From Wallemia ichthyophaga EXF-994 (lineage: Eukaryota; Fungi; Basidiomycota), in contig NW_008806278.1 of NCBI RefSeq assembly GCF_000400465.1, forward strand, positions 202,592 through 264,591: a DNA stretch of 62,000 nt, given 5' to 3'. The translations under genes were made by a program, and so were the position numbers. Of this stretch, positions 12,488 to 23,141 are shown in pieces. How positions within the stretch are numbered: position 1 is the stretch's first letter; each line of letters starts with the position of its first letter. Under the pieces are notes generated by a model. That model was not told the DNA's origin. It worked only from the letters and a program-made list of their open reading frames with translations, and ran no database searches.

Positions 12488-13688
12488 CGAAGAAAGTCTA
12501 TCACATGGGCATAGTAGAACTGGGGGTTAAATAATTGTAGTTCCTCATTCTTATCAAACCCACGGTAATACATGTTTTTTATCATTGAGATCAATATTCA
12601 AACATTAACATTATTTTACTCGTTGTTGTAGACCCCGAAACATGCATTTTATTATGTTTTGATTTTACCTTGCTATCGAATAACGTTGTTACCAACGTTT
12701 AGCGAAATGCAAGCAAAGAAAGTTCCCATACATGATCTAGGTTTAGTACACGAGGTTGTCGGATTAGGTTAAAATGAAGATATTGTCGTTCGAAAATTCG
12801 AAAATGCTATAAATTCTAGTCGTTAATTTATTTCCTTCAACGATTTAGAGAATCCATAACCTACATACTAAGAATCTAATTTTCTCAGGTAGTAAAATTG
12901 AGATATTATTTTACTCAACTTGAAGATCCGTCGATTTTAAAACATTCCTTTTTTGAGGGCATTCAAGACAAAAAGTCACGCGACATTGATAACGTTTGTT
13001 ATGTTTTATCTGTAACTACATGTGGGTAATAGTATAATGATAAGTCCGCTTAAGTGATAAAGACATTTGTCATACAAGATGTGATTGTGTAAATTTACTG
13101 ATAATAATAAGTGTATTTTATAATATGACGTTTACGATCTCCGTTAGCCTCATTTGCATATCTAAATGACCTAACTTAGCTTTTCTGTAAATTTCTTACG
13201 GGATTTGAATAATAAAGATCTGATCACTGTTCTGCTTGTGAATAGGATATATATTGGGCGATTAGTCTATATAAAGAGGTTTCAAACTCATTTGTTTAAA
13301 ATTCTTTCCTGTTTTATCATTCGAAAGAAAAATCTAATGTAATTATCAATTTAAGGGTATGCCGACCGTAGCTTTCAACATATTTTAGACGTACAATCGT
13401 AATCACTTAACCCCACTTTAAAAACATTTTCCTCGCTAGATCATTTTCAAATTTTTACAAAACTTGCTAGGATGCTGCAAACGACACTTTGAACAAATAA
13501 CCAGGAACATTCTAATCGAATGGTAGTTGGTTTTCGTTTAGCAGGATTAATTGTAGCATTCAGTAGAAAAAACAAAAAAACAAAAAAACCAACAGTAAGA
13601 TGTTTTGGTACTGCCTCTCTCGCATGAGACATTCAGCTGATAGTAATCTTGATAAGAGCATGCCTAGCTATTTATTAGTAACTATTTC
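12488..13688. other. Unique AT-rich spacer / central core of the palindrome (candidate centromere core)
   Basis: 1201 bp between the arms, about 30% GC from hand-counted sample lines, with no credible ORF. The centromere role is inferred. Confidence 0.55.
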
Positions 13689-16600
13689 ATCATTCAATTC
13701 ACAGCCGACATGCTGATATAACGCTGATAACATGACTTTCGATAATTGTGATACTGACAGCGGACGTTCTCATTAGTTTGATTCAAGATTCAATCTGAAC
13801 GAAAGTGTTCTTTTCACAAACGATGTAGTAGGCTACTTCAAATATGTCTGTTATGAACCAAACTAGCGATTTTTGAGTTATAGTTTAGAGGCAAGCTTTA
13901 TGTCATGAAATACACGACCACGAAGTTTAGATGTTCGCTATCGCTGAAAGTAATTAACAGGTTGCAATGGGCATTTACTGGTTGGCTTTAGTTCATATTA
14001 ATTTGGACGCTCTCGTTTTATCCTATATAATGAATTGAGTACCATTTTTTTATTATTTCTCACTTGTAGTTGTACTTATATTGAGGTTTTGTTGTTTTTT
14101 CCTATCGATTTGTAAGCCATCGTGCGAATCGCAAAAAGTAAGCATATAGGCAGCAACGATGAAATCATTGAGCGGCTCGAATGTAATTAATGTGTCATGA
14201 TGAATTCATAGTTGTGTTCTAGAATCGTTGGGAACTTTACGGCCTTGAAACAGTATTAAACCTATATGAATCCTAATTCCTTCTGCCTGTGTCAGCTCAG
14301 TGGGGAGCATACACCAGCGATTGTATAAAAGTTTATAGGTGGTACATCGTTCTAGTTAGACACATTAACGGCTTACAATCATGGCCACCTTTTTAAATCA
14401 GGTACCAACATCACGTCTTCATCTTTAAGCAAAACCTAAGCCAACACGCTCAGCTTCCAACAGCCTATACACCAAATTAAGCTTAGCAATCATATGTACA
14501 ACTGTTATTGAAATTACTCACACTTCCATTAAACTTATACTAGTGCACGGGTTACGTTGAGAGTATAATGCATGAATTTCCATGCCGATAAGGGCATAGG
14601 GTTTTGCGTATTTTGGGAATTAAAGTAGGCCTGATGTGTATCTAATCTAGGCATTTTGCAATTGCTCATACTTGTAACCTAATCTAGTGCATGCCGATTG
14701 GTTGAATTGTGGGTGGATCTCGATCCCCATTAATGCATAGGGATTTCTTGGAATTTATTGGATGAATGGGTCAATCATAACCGAAAGAGGTACTCAGTCG
14801 TAAGCTGGCAGGATGTTATGCTCAACGAATACAGAATTCTCGGGTTAACCGTTAGTAGTCTTGAGTCTCAGGGTCACTTTCTTGCGCAAAAAGATATCGT
14901 TCGTAATTGAAAAGCTACATTTTATGAACGACATCGATTATCAACATCAGCTGCTACTGCTTCCCCTGAGGTCTCAAGTGGAACTATGACATCTTTAGCG
15001 CACCCTTCGTACAAAAGAAAGGCTATTGAGTGCGCACCGCTGAAACTACCTTGAAAACTAAGGTAAAGGATTTGAGAGTCTCACTGAGGACTCGTGGTTA
15101 AGATGGATGGTATCCGAAGTCAATGTACGCATCTTGTTCTTTTGAATAGTAGTTGGGTTGCGATTCTGATTATCACATAACGATACCCAAATTGTTATAA
15201 TAAAAAGAGCTTAACGCCTTCAAATTCCCTTAGAAGTATGAGTATCTAACAATAGGCTGGAATCAATCCGAGTCCGTGGCCTAACACTGCTGAGTTGAAT
15301 AATGGCTTGTTCAGCGATTATACAGCAAACACACGTAATCAGTTGGAAACTTAATAAAGTGAACGCACGTTTTTATTGGTCTTGATGAAAGTGCAATGCA
15401 GCATCACATGAATTTGGTTTCACTTCCTGACATCAATGAGGGCAGAATACCCTAGCTAGATCAGCGATTACCGGAAAATCAAGCTCCTCTGTACCACCAA
15501 GATCAAATATTATTAGTATAAGTAAGCCAAAAGGGCTTTGAAGGTTTTCAAGTTTCGTGATGTCATCTGCTGATCTGCTGAGTGAAGATGCGAAGCATTG
15601 CGTCACAGACCTCCAAAAAGGCTGTGTCCAACTAAATTTTCGTCGAATATAAAACACCAGACATTTATTAATGTCATTTCCCATCCATGTTCCACGCAAT
15701 TACTTCCTCCTTTGTCACTCGATTTGATTATACCATTCTTCTCAAAAATCACCTAAAAAAACACAGTTGCACAATGATTTAATACTTTTCAAAATGATTT
15801 AATACTTTCCAAACATTCAATACTTCAATAAAAGCACACTTTGAAACCCCCAAATAGCTGGCTCATCTGTTTGCGTGATATTGGCATAGAGCACAACCTA
15901 TGAAATGCGAGTTATTCTATTTATAATACTCAATTTAATGAGTTTAGAACTTTATCACACACTTCTTACATTATTTTCATCTAATCAAACCTCATTCGCA
16001 CCATAAATCGCGTTTGAACCTTCAAGCCAAAAATGGGAATCGTATGTCCAAATATGCGTGATATGGGTGAGAACAACACAGAAATAAGGGATTTAAAAGT
16101 CTGCAAAATATTAATGTCTCTCTTCTGTATACATTAGCCTGATAATTTGAAGTTCTGCCTGATATGACCGATATGAAAGTCATTCTGCGCATCCCGTACC
16201 TAGTTGAAAAGGTTGCACAGTTAGCCTTTTTCTGATGCAACTCGTTAAAATATATTCTTTAATATTACTATTGAATTTGGTTGAAATTTACACTACTAAA
16301 ATCTATAGCGTACAGATATACACGTGAGGAAACGAAATCGAATAATGTGAAAGTCGCGGGTCCAGATCTGCAGCACACACCTAGAAAGGCTATGCTTGAG
16401 GTATTGAGCAACAATAGAATATTTTATTCAATGAAGATGCTTTGCATTGTTAAGCACGTAAGTGCTTCCGTGTCTGCTCTATTTCTTGTTTCAGATTCAT
16501 ATCAAAATGGTCCCTTCAATCAGCTTACAGGGTGGAATTGGTACTCAAATGCTTCAAGTCTAGCAAATAGTTTTTAATTGAACTAGAGCTATAAGATAAT

Positions 16601-17167
16601 TTCCTTTTTTGGAGATGTCTGATAGAAGGAAAATCTAATATAATAATATTGAGTGAATGAATGATTAAATAGTAAAATCATAATGTTGGCAGGCTTAGAA
16701 TAAAATATTTTTTCTAAGGATAATGCTAGCACACCATTTCAATGTACTCATCATCGCACTTACTTGATATTTTTCAGGATAAGCCGAGCAATTTCAATTC
16801 GAAAAAATAGCCTATACTATTTCAATAATTCTTAAATACTTTTTTCAGCATTTGAACCTTTTTGCTAACTTAAAACTTGTCCTGAAGTCATAATGATGTA
16901 GAGCCGACTAGTATGATTTTATGGTTGTGCACTGCAACGAGAGATATGGCAAAATCTTTATGCATTATAACATGTATTGAATGTGTTTAATAATCTTTAT
17001 ACAATCATTTCGCTAGTAATGCGACTTAGCGGTGGCAGCGTTAAGACCAACTGTGTTTATCTTGCGAATAAGATTATCGCCACAGCAGTAGCAAACTTCG
17101 AGAAAGATAACGATGGGTGCTTTGTATCCGATTGTAAAAATCTGCGATCAACACAAAGTTGTGGACA
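13689..17167 (-). repeat. Right arm of the large inverted repeat (3479 bp)
   Basis: Mirror of 9009-12487. Identical translated ORFs appear on opposite strands (e.g. 10477-10743+ and 15433-15699-). Confidence 0.97.
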
Positions 17168-17539
17168 AGATAGATTGTAGAAGAAAATGTTTATATTTAA
17201 TCAAGTGGGCCCCAGAAACCCGCAATATGTAAAATTCTAACTAAAAATGCAAGTTATGTTCCAGTCACGATTAGAAGCAAGTAACAACGTTTTTACTTTA
17301 TACGGTAAAACCCCGCAATGCTGTAACCCTTACATGTTAGATGCCTGAGCTCAGTAAGTGATTCATGGGGTTATTTCTCTCTCATTAAAAATAGGATTGT
17401 GTCTCAACAAATGGGGTAAGGGACATTCAGAGATGGACTGAACTATTGTGGTGCTGCAACTTCAGCTGTATATCATGTATACGTTTAAAATCATAAGAAG
17501 TGGTATATGGAAGGGAAATTTCGTAACTGGAGGTATATA

Positions 17540-18109
17540 CTACTCTAATCTTTCTAAATACTCGAGTCTGTTTAAAATGACCTGCTTTGAAGTCTCTTCA
17601 ATTTCACCAGCTAGAAAGACTTCATCAAGGATTGCATACACCTTGTAAAAATTAAAAACTAGATCCAGTTCACAGACGTTTGAAAAGAAAGCATCTAACG
17701 CGAAGTTAGAAACTCTAACTGAAGATAGATAATCTCACCTAAAACCTCAACAAAGAGGTGAATGATTTCCAAGTAAGCGAGCTCATTGTCATTTGCATCT
17801 ACGCAAACACAGAAGAAGAGACCAGCGTATCGCCTGTAAACGACTTTGTAATTCCTGAATTCGACAAAGTTACTTTGATGTTTTTGATCACGAGGGGCGA
17901 CCAGTCTGTGAACCTCGCCGCGTAGCTTAATCTTTTAAGACCTTTAGTTGATAGAAAACGATACAGTCGATAATAGACGTACTTTGTCCTCATCTTCTAC
18001 CGGGACGTACCACTTTGATAATCTAGTTTTGCCTTGTCTGTTCTTTGGGCATATTAGACGTATACTGGGATAATTTAGAACTCACTTGAACTAAAATGAA
18101 TCTCAGCAT
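17540..18109 (-). CDS. APS2: AP-2 adaptor complex sigma subunit (multi-exon; missed by the ORF track)
   Basis: Spliced reading [20 protein letters not shown]...[27 protein letters not shown]...[32 protein letters not shown]. Confidence 0.92.
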
Positions 18110-18252
18110 CGACGACGTTTTGGTGCAAGAGGTGAATGTATTTGCAGAGTGCTATCTACAGCTGAAATCTATTTATTATTTAAATTGCAATACATTCAGC
18201 TTTATCCTTCTATCCTCGAAACCTCCTTACCTTCCTCCATCATCATCTCAAA

Positions 18253-19504
18253 ATGTCAAATAATCAGCAAAATCAACAGAATCTAACTCCAGAGCAGATG
18301 CTGCTCATTCAGCGTCATATGGCAAATCAGAGAGCTCAAGCTGCTCAGCAGCAGCAACAAGCTGCGATGCAACCAAATACACCAACACAGTCAAATCAGC
18401 AGAATCAATCAGCTCAACCAGCTCAAGCATCACAGTCTCAACCGGGAACTCCTCAAAATCCACAACAAAGCCAAATGATGCAAAATATGCAAAGTATGAT
18501 TCAACAACTTCCTGCACTTCTGGAATTGGCAAGAAGAGGCTTACTCAATCCCGAGCAAATGAATCAATTGCGTGGTTTAGCAAGATTACATGAACAACAA
18601 AAAGCTCGACAAGACCAGCGTAATGTACTGTCTAGAAATGCTAGTGTTGCACAAGCTCAAGCAATGCAGCAACAAAGGAGTGGTAGTCCAGCACTACGTA
18701 GTAGTGCTAGCACACCTAATCCAAATGGTAGAGGTGGTACACCAATACCTCGTACAGCGTCTCCAGCTGTTGGCAGTATGACTGGTATAGCAACCCCCCC
18801 ACCAAATTCATTACCAGGACAACAAAATACCAACACATCGCAAAGCAATATGTCAGCCGCCATACAATCACAACTCGCAAATAGCAACAATCAGTCTTTA
18901 CCTATTAATGACAAGGTTCCAAATATGAATTTTCAAGCTGAATCATTCCCAAATCAACAGGGCTCCAGACCAACATTGAATTCAGGACTAGCAAGTGGAA
19001 CCGTATTAGGACAACCTTCTACCATGCAAAGAGGGAATTTACCATCAAACTTTGATGAATTGATTGGTGGTATGGGTAATGGGAACAAAATTGATACAAA
19101 ATCCATGTTAGAGAATGACAACAATAGATTATTAGGTAAACGAAAGATTCAAGAATTAGTTGAAACTGTAGATTCAAAGGAAAAGTTAGAGCCCGAAGTC
19201 GAAGATTTAATGCTCGAAATTGCAGACGAATTCATAGACAGTGTGACAAACTTTGGATGTATGTTAGCAAAGCATAGAAAGGGTGATACGCTTGAAGTCA
19301 GAGATTTACAGTTACATTTAGGTTGGTCGATATTTGAATTATCTATTATCATGACTGACGTGAAATCTACAAGAGCGCAACTATAACATTAGAATACCAG
19401 GATTTGGTACGAATGAAGACAGTAGAATAGGAGCAAGAAGACAATCACAACCACAATCTTATCAGAATAGATTGAATGCAGTACAAAGCACACAGAATAA
19501 GTAG
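18253..19504 (+). CDS. TAF12: TFIID/SAGA subunit Taf12
   Basis: Q-rich N-terminus, then histone fold KRKIQELV...[34 protein letters not shown]. After one intron it continues [11 protein letters not shown]. Confidence 0.92.
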
Positions 19505-19514
19505 ATGTAATAAA

Positions 19515-20837
19515 TTAAGTTAATATGAATGACGCATTGTTGTAATAATCTAACATGGGGTTACTACCATCTAATAATTTAGTTTGATTGACTTCTATAG
19601 CATTTGATTGAATGAAATCTCTATGGCTTAGTATTCTAACGTCCCTATTAACTCTACTTGAAGTGGATGACTTTGATTGAGTGACTCGAGTATATAGTTG
19701 AGCGAGTAGCTCAAAGTTTGTAGGAAAAAAGATATCAAAATGTCCCGGCTGAACTAAGAAAGTATCAACAGGAATCATTTCACCATTCAAACGAGTTTGA
19801 ACGACGGGCGAATTGATACCTGGTATAGATTGAGGTAAGGAATGAAAATCTGAAGCTATCAAGTGATGATGTGGGAAAGACGAGGATAACTTATCTAAAA
19901 AAAGAAGTTGCTTTGTCGGGAGAAATTCCTGTTGAGATAAGTTTGGTAGGAAAGGAATGAATTTGGATAAATAACGGAAAACAGGGGATTTTGCCCATTG
20001 ATTGGATTGTAGCGACGGAAAAGAAGACGATAAATCCAAGTAACGAAGAATCAAAGGGTCATTAGCAGGAGAGTATAAGGAGTGAAAGTCACCTTGATCG
20101 TCCACTGCTATATATAATTGATAAGGAATTGGAATTTTCGAGTCGTTAGAGTATCTGATAACATCATGTGCGAGATTATCAAAGACTTCCATCGCTAAAA
20201 AGTAGCAAGGTTGATGATGAACTGAATTAATATCAAAGAATGATTTATTGATGATGTTTATATGTCTAGAGTGCTGCGATAACAATCTACGTTGAATCGA
20301 TGATAATCTGTCACTGATTTCAATGACATTGTAGTAAGTTCTATTGTATATCTGTGGATGATGAGATTTCAAGTGATCAAGGATGTTTAACATTAAAGTG
20401 CCATTACCTGCACCAATTTCGAATAAATTCAAATCATGATGAGGGTAGTAATACGCTAAGTAATGATTGATGATGTAATTCGCAATAGCTTGACCATAAT
20501 GAGGATTGAATAATTCTGTTGGTGTATGCCATTCTGATGATTTTGATGAATTAATCGACAACAATGATTGCAACTGACTATCATTCTTAACCTTGTTAAA
20601 TTCAATGTTCTTGTATTTTATGATGTCAACATTCTTATTGAAATAGCCGTAGTTTGGATTGTATAAACTATCATCAATAAAGTCCCTTGCAAGAAGTTTA
20701 CATTTAAACGGCCTCTTTTTAAAATTCTTCAATTGATTTGAGTTCAGTAGTCTACAATTTATTAATTTATCGTCAACTTTGCTATCGAATGATAGTTTAT
20801 TGTAGTTGAAGTTGCACCTTCTGAGTGATTGCAACAT
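19515..20837 (-). CDS. NDUFAF7/MidA-family SAM-dependent methyltransferase (DUF185)
   Basis: RDFIDDSLYNPNYGYF, EIGAGNGTLM and AMEVFDNLAHD motifs. Confidence 0.85.
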   Translation of the reverse strand: MLQSLRRCNFNYNKLSFDSKVDDKLINCRLLNSNQLKNFKKRPFKCKLLARDFIDDSLYNPNYGYFNKNVDIIKYKNIEFNKVKNDSQLQSLLSINSSKSSEWHTPTELFNPHYGQAIANYIINHYLAYYYPHHDLNLFEIGAGNGTLMLNILDHLKSHHPQIYNRTYYNVIEISDRLSSIQRRLLSQHSRHINIINKSFFDINSVHHQPCYFLAMEVFDNLAHDVIRYSNDSKIPIPYQLYIAVDDQGDFHSLYSPANDPLILRYLDLSSSFPSLQSNQWAKSPVFRYLSKFIPFLPNLSQQEFLPTKQLLFLDKLSSSFPHHHLIASDFHSLPQSIPGINSPVVQTRLNGEMIPVDTFLVQPGHFDIFFPTNFELLAQLYTRVTQSKSSTSSRVNRDVRILSHRDFIQSNAIEVNQTKLLDGSNPMLDYYNNASFILT

Positions 20838-20884
20838 TAGCGGACTTCCTCGAAGTTGATGGTGGTTAAGGTTAGAGGGGGTGA

Positions 20885-21199
20885 TTAATTAATTCTATGA
20901 GTTTATTTTCATTTATCTTATGCCTCATAACCTCTTCTTCATCAATGTGTAAAACAGGTACGTCGTTCTATTTGTTTTGAGCCAGCTTCTACTTATATAC
21001 ACTAACTTACTTTATACATACTTCTCCAGTACTCTACGCCTTGCAATCTATCATCCCTTATGTTGAAATACTCCAGATTGAACTCATGTTCCCTCTTCAC
21101 GCTCTCTAGCGCTACCTTGGCTTCCTCGCAAAGGCTACACTCTTTGCCACCCGTGTATAGCTTCAAATTTGGTTTACATCTTATCAGACTTCTCAACAT
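20885..21199 (-). CDS. Glutaredoxin-like protein (DUF836), 2 exons
   Basis: LKLYTGGKECSLCEEAK (CxxC); the spliced C-terminus NDVPVLHID contains the Grx VP motif. Confidence 0.8.
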
Positions 21200-21285
21200 T
21201 CCCTAACGCTGCAACTTGGTGGATGATGCAATCTATTCAATTTAATTTCAAACTCATTTAGTATCACTCTTTAAATTACTTTATC

Positions 21286-23022
21286 ATGTCCAATAGTAAT
21301 TCTAAGCAAAGCATCCTTATCATTGGCGCTGGGTGCTCTGGAATGGCTGCTGCGTACTCTCTTTCGTTACAACCACAGAACTACAACGTCACTTTAACTG
21401 ATAAGTCTCACACTTTGGGAGGCAGTGCTACAAGCTATGAGCTAGATGATCATCTTTTCGGTGCTGATTATATCAATGATGGCGTACAAGGCGCAAGTCC
21501 GGTGTTTCACAACACCCTATCTATGTTTGAGTCTGTACTGGGCTTTAGAGCAAGTGATGTTGGTATGCAAATTAGCTTCGGAAATACTGTGGACTCCTTT
21601 TGGTCAAACGTATTCCCATCTCACCTCGTCGACCAGTTTCAGCAGGATATCAAGAAGGTTAGTCGTGCTGATGCACTGCATCCCTTCAAACTCACCCTCA
21701 ATTTACAGTTCGGTCGTGTTTTGAACACTATTAAACGCTTTGAAATCTTTTTCGCTCTCATACCCGTGGACAAAATGCTTAAAATATTCAATTTTCACCC
21801 TTCCTTTGGTGATAGAATGGTTTATCCCCTGGTTGCCTTATTTTTTGGTACTGGTAATGAGACTAAGCATATTTCTTCCGCTATTCTTGAACGAGTCTTC
21901 CTCGATCCATCGATGAGGTTGTTCGAATTCAGTGAAAAAAGTCTTTTGGCAAGCGTACCGCATATGAAAGCTTTTCCTGAACTGTCGCGTATATATGGAA
22001 AATGGAAATCCAAAATTCAATCTAACGGAAATGTCAAAATTCTTGCTTCAAATCAAGTTAACAGCATTGAAAGAGGAACAAAGGAAGCGAAAAACGCTGG
22101 TGGTAATATAAGGGCTTCTTTAACTGACTTAAAGAACAGTCATCATCGTTTCGAGTCATTCGATCAGGTCATCTTCGCATGTGATGCTGACAGCGCTCTC
22201 AAAATCCTTGATGCCGGTTCAGGTTCAACATGGCGTGAGAGGAAAATTCTTGGAAATGTCTTATACAAATGGGACGTAACCGTAACTCATCACGATTATG
22301 ATTACATGCGTAAGAATTATCAGATGACGTATGACTCAAAATACAACGCTGAAAGATACGACCTAGATAGTAAAAAGGCTTTTGAATTTGCTCAAAAGCA
22401 CTGGAGACCATTATATCTTATCAAAATGTATGAAGAGGATCCTTCACAAGTTGAAATGAGTTTTGATCTAACCCATTATCAAGGTCAATTTGAGGGCATG
22501 CCATCAGTAGGAACAGATGCAGATCTAAAACCTCAAGATGCACCACCAACTGAACGTCAAGCAGGGAATCAAGGCAAGGAGCACTCACAGAGTGCAACAT
22601 CAGATGGTTCTCAGCATATTGAAAGAGATAAAACGCTTCCAGTACCTAAAAATCATGTCTATCAGACAATCTATCTCGATCAGGACTCCAGCGATCGTTG
22701 GACAAAATATCAAGTTAATCGAGATAAAATAATATTAGAAAAGTGGTGGAAACAGCAAAGTCATCGATTCCAGCATTATGCTGGAACAGTTCCATGGTTA
22801 TGGACAATAAACGGGAAGAACAATACGTGCTTTGCGGGGGCATATACTCTTGTTAACATGCACGAAGTTGCTATGGTATCAGGATTTTCAGCAGCATACC
22901 AGCTAGGCGCGCCATATCCGTTTAAAGACGATGAAAACTGTGCAAGACTGTTCAGGCTTTATCTCCTATTAGCGCATATGTCACGCATGCGCAGTGAAGA
23001 TCGTAGCGGATTTTTCAGTTAA
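21286..23022 (+). CDS. FAD-dependent oxidoreductase (amine oxidase-like)
   Basis: Rossmann motif IIGAGCSGMAAAYSL; C-terminal FAGAYTLVNMHEVAMVSGFSAA. Probable in-frame intron at 21658-21708. Confidence 0.82.
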   Translation: MSNSNSKQSILIIGAGCSGMAAAYSLSLQPQNYNVTLTDKSHTLGGSATSYELDDHLFGADYINDGVQGASPVFHNTLSMFESVLGFRASDVGMQISFGNTVDSFWSNVFPSHLVDQFQQDIKKVSRADALHPFKLTLNLQFGRVLNTIKRFEIFFALIPVDKMLKIFNFHPSFGDRMVYPLVALFFGTGNETKHISSAILERVFLDPSMRLFEFSEKSLLASVPHMKAFPELSRIYGKWKSKIQSNGNVKILASNQVNSIERGTKEAKNAGGNIRASLTDLKNSHHRFESFDQVIFACDADSALKILDAGSGSTWRERKILGNVLYKWDVTVTHHDYDYMRKNYQMTYDSKYNAERYDLDSKKAFEFAQKHWRPLYLIKMYEEDPSQVEMSFDLTHYQGQFEGMPSVGTDADLKPQDAPPTERQAGNQGKEHSQSATSDGSQHIERDKTLPVPKNHVYQTIYLDQDSSDRWTKYQVNRDKIILEKWWKQQSHRFQHYAGTVPWLWTINGKNNTCFAGAYTLVNMHEVAMVSGFSAAYQLGAPYPFKDDENCARLFRLYLLLAHMSRMRSEDRSGFFS

Positions 23023-23141
23023 ACGTGATAGTATTGTATTACAATTCCAAGTTATTTGCATCATGAAATGAAAAGAATTCTTGTTTTCGCGACGCGTAGT
23101 GAATCATCTCGTTCTGGCGATCAACACTTAAATCAAATCGG

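Noticed and set aside
12488-13688. Invertible mating-type cassette
   Set aside because: No homeodomain, HMG, STE3 receptor or CAAX-terminated pheromone ORF was found in the core or arms; the 61-aa ORF does not end in CAAX.
15255-15290. tRNA-like segment in the IR arm (ggctggaatcaatccgagtccgtggcc)
   Set aside because: No TTC T-loop consensus or cloverleaf. No tRNA or rRNA was recognised anywhere in the window.
9009-17167. Foldback or long-TIR DNA transposon interpretation
   Set aside because: No target-site duplication at the outer ends, no transposase ORF or relic I can recognise, and no internal subrepeat arrays. Disfavoured, but not excluded without a genome-wide copy search.
9009-17167. 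Fold-back chimera or assembly artefact
   Set aside because: Different intact genes continue on both flanks and the spacer is 1.2 kb of unique sequence, unlike hairpin-read artefacts. Polishing could still have erased small arm differences, so a read-level check is still advised.
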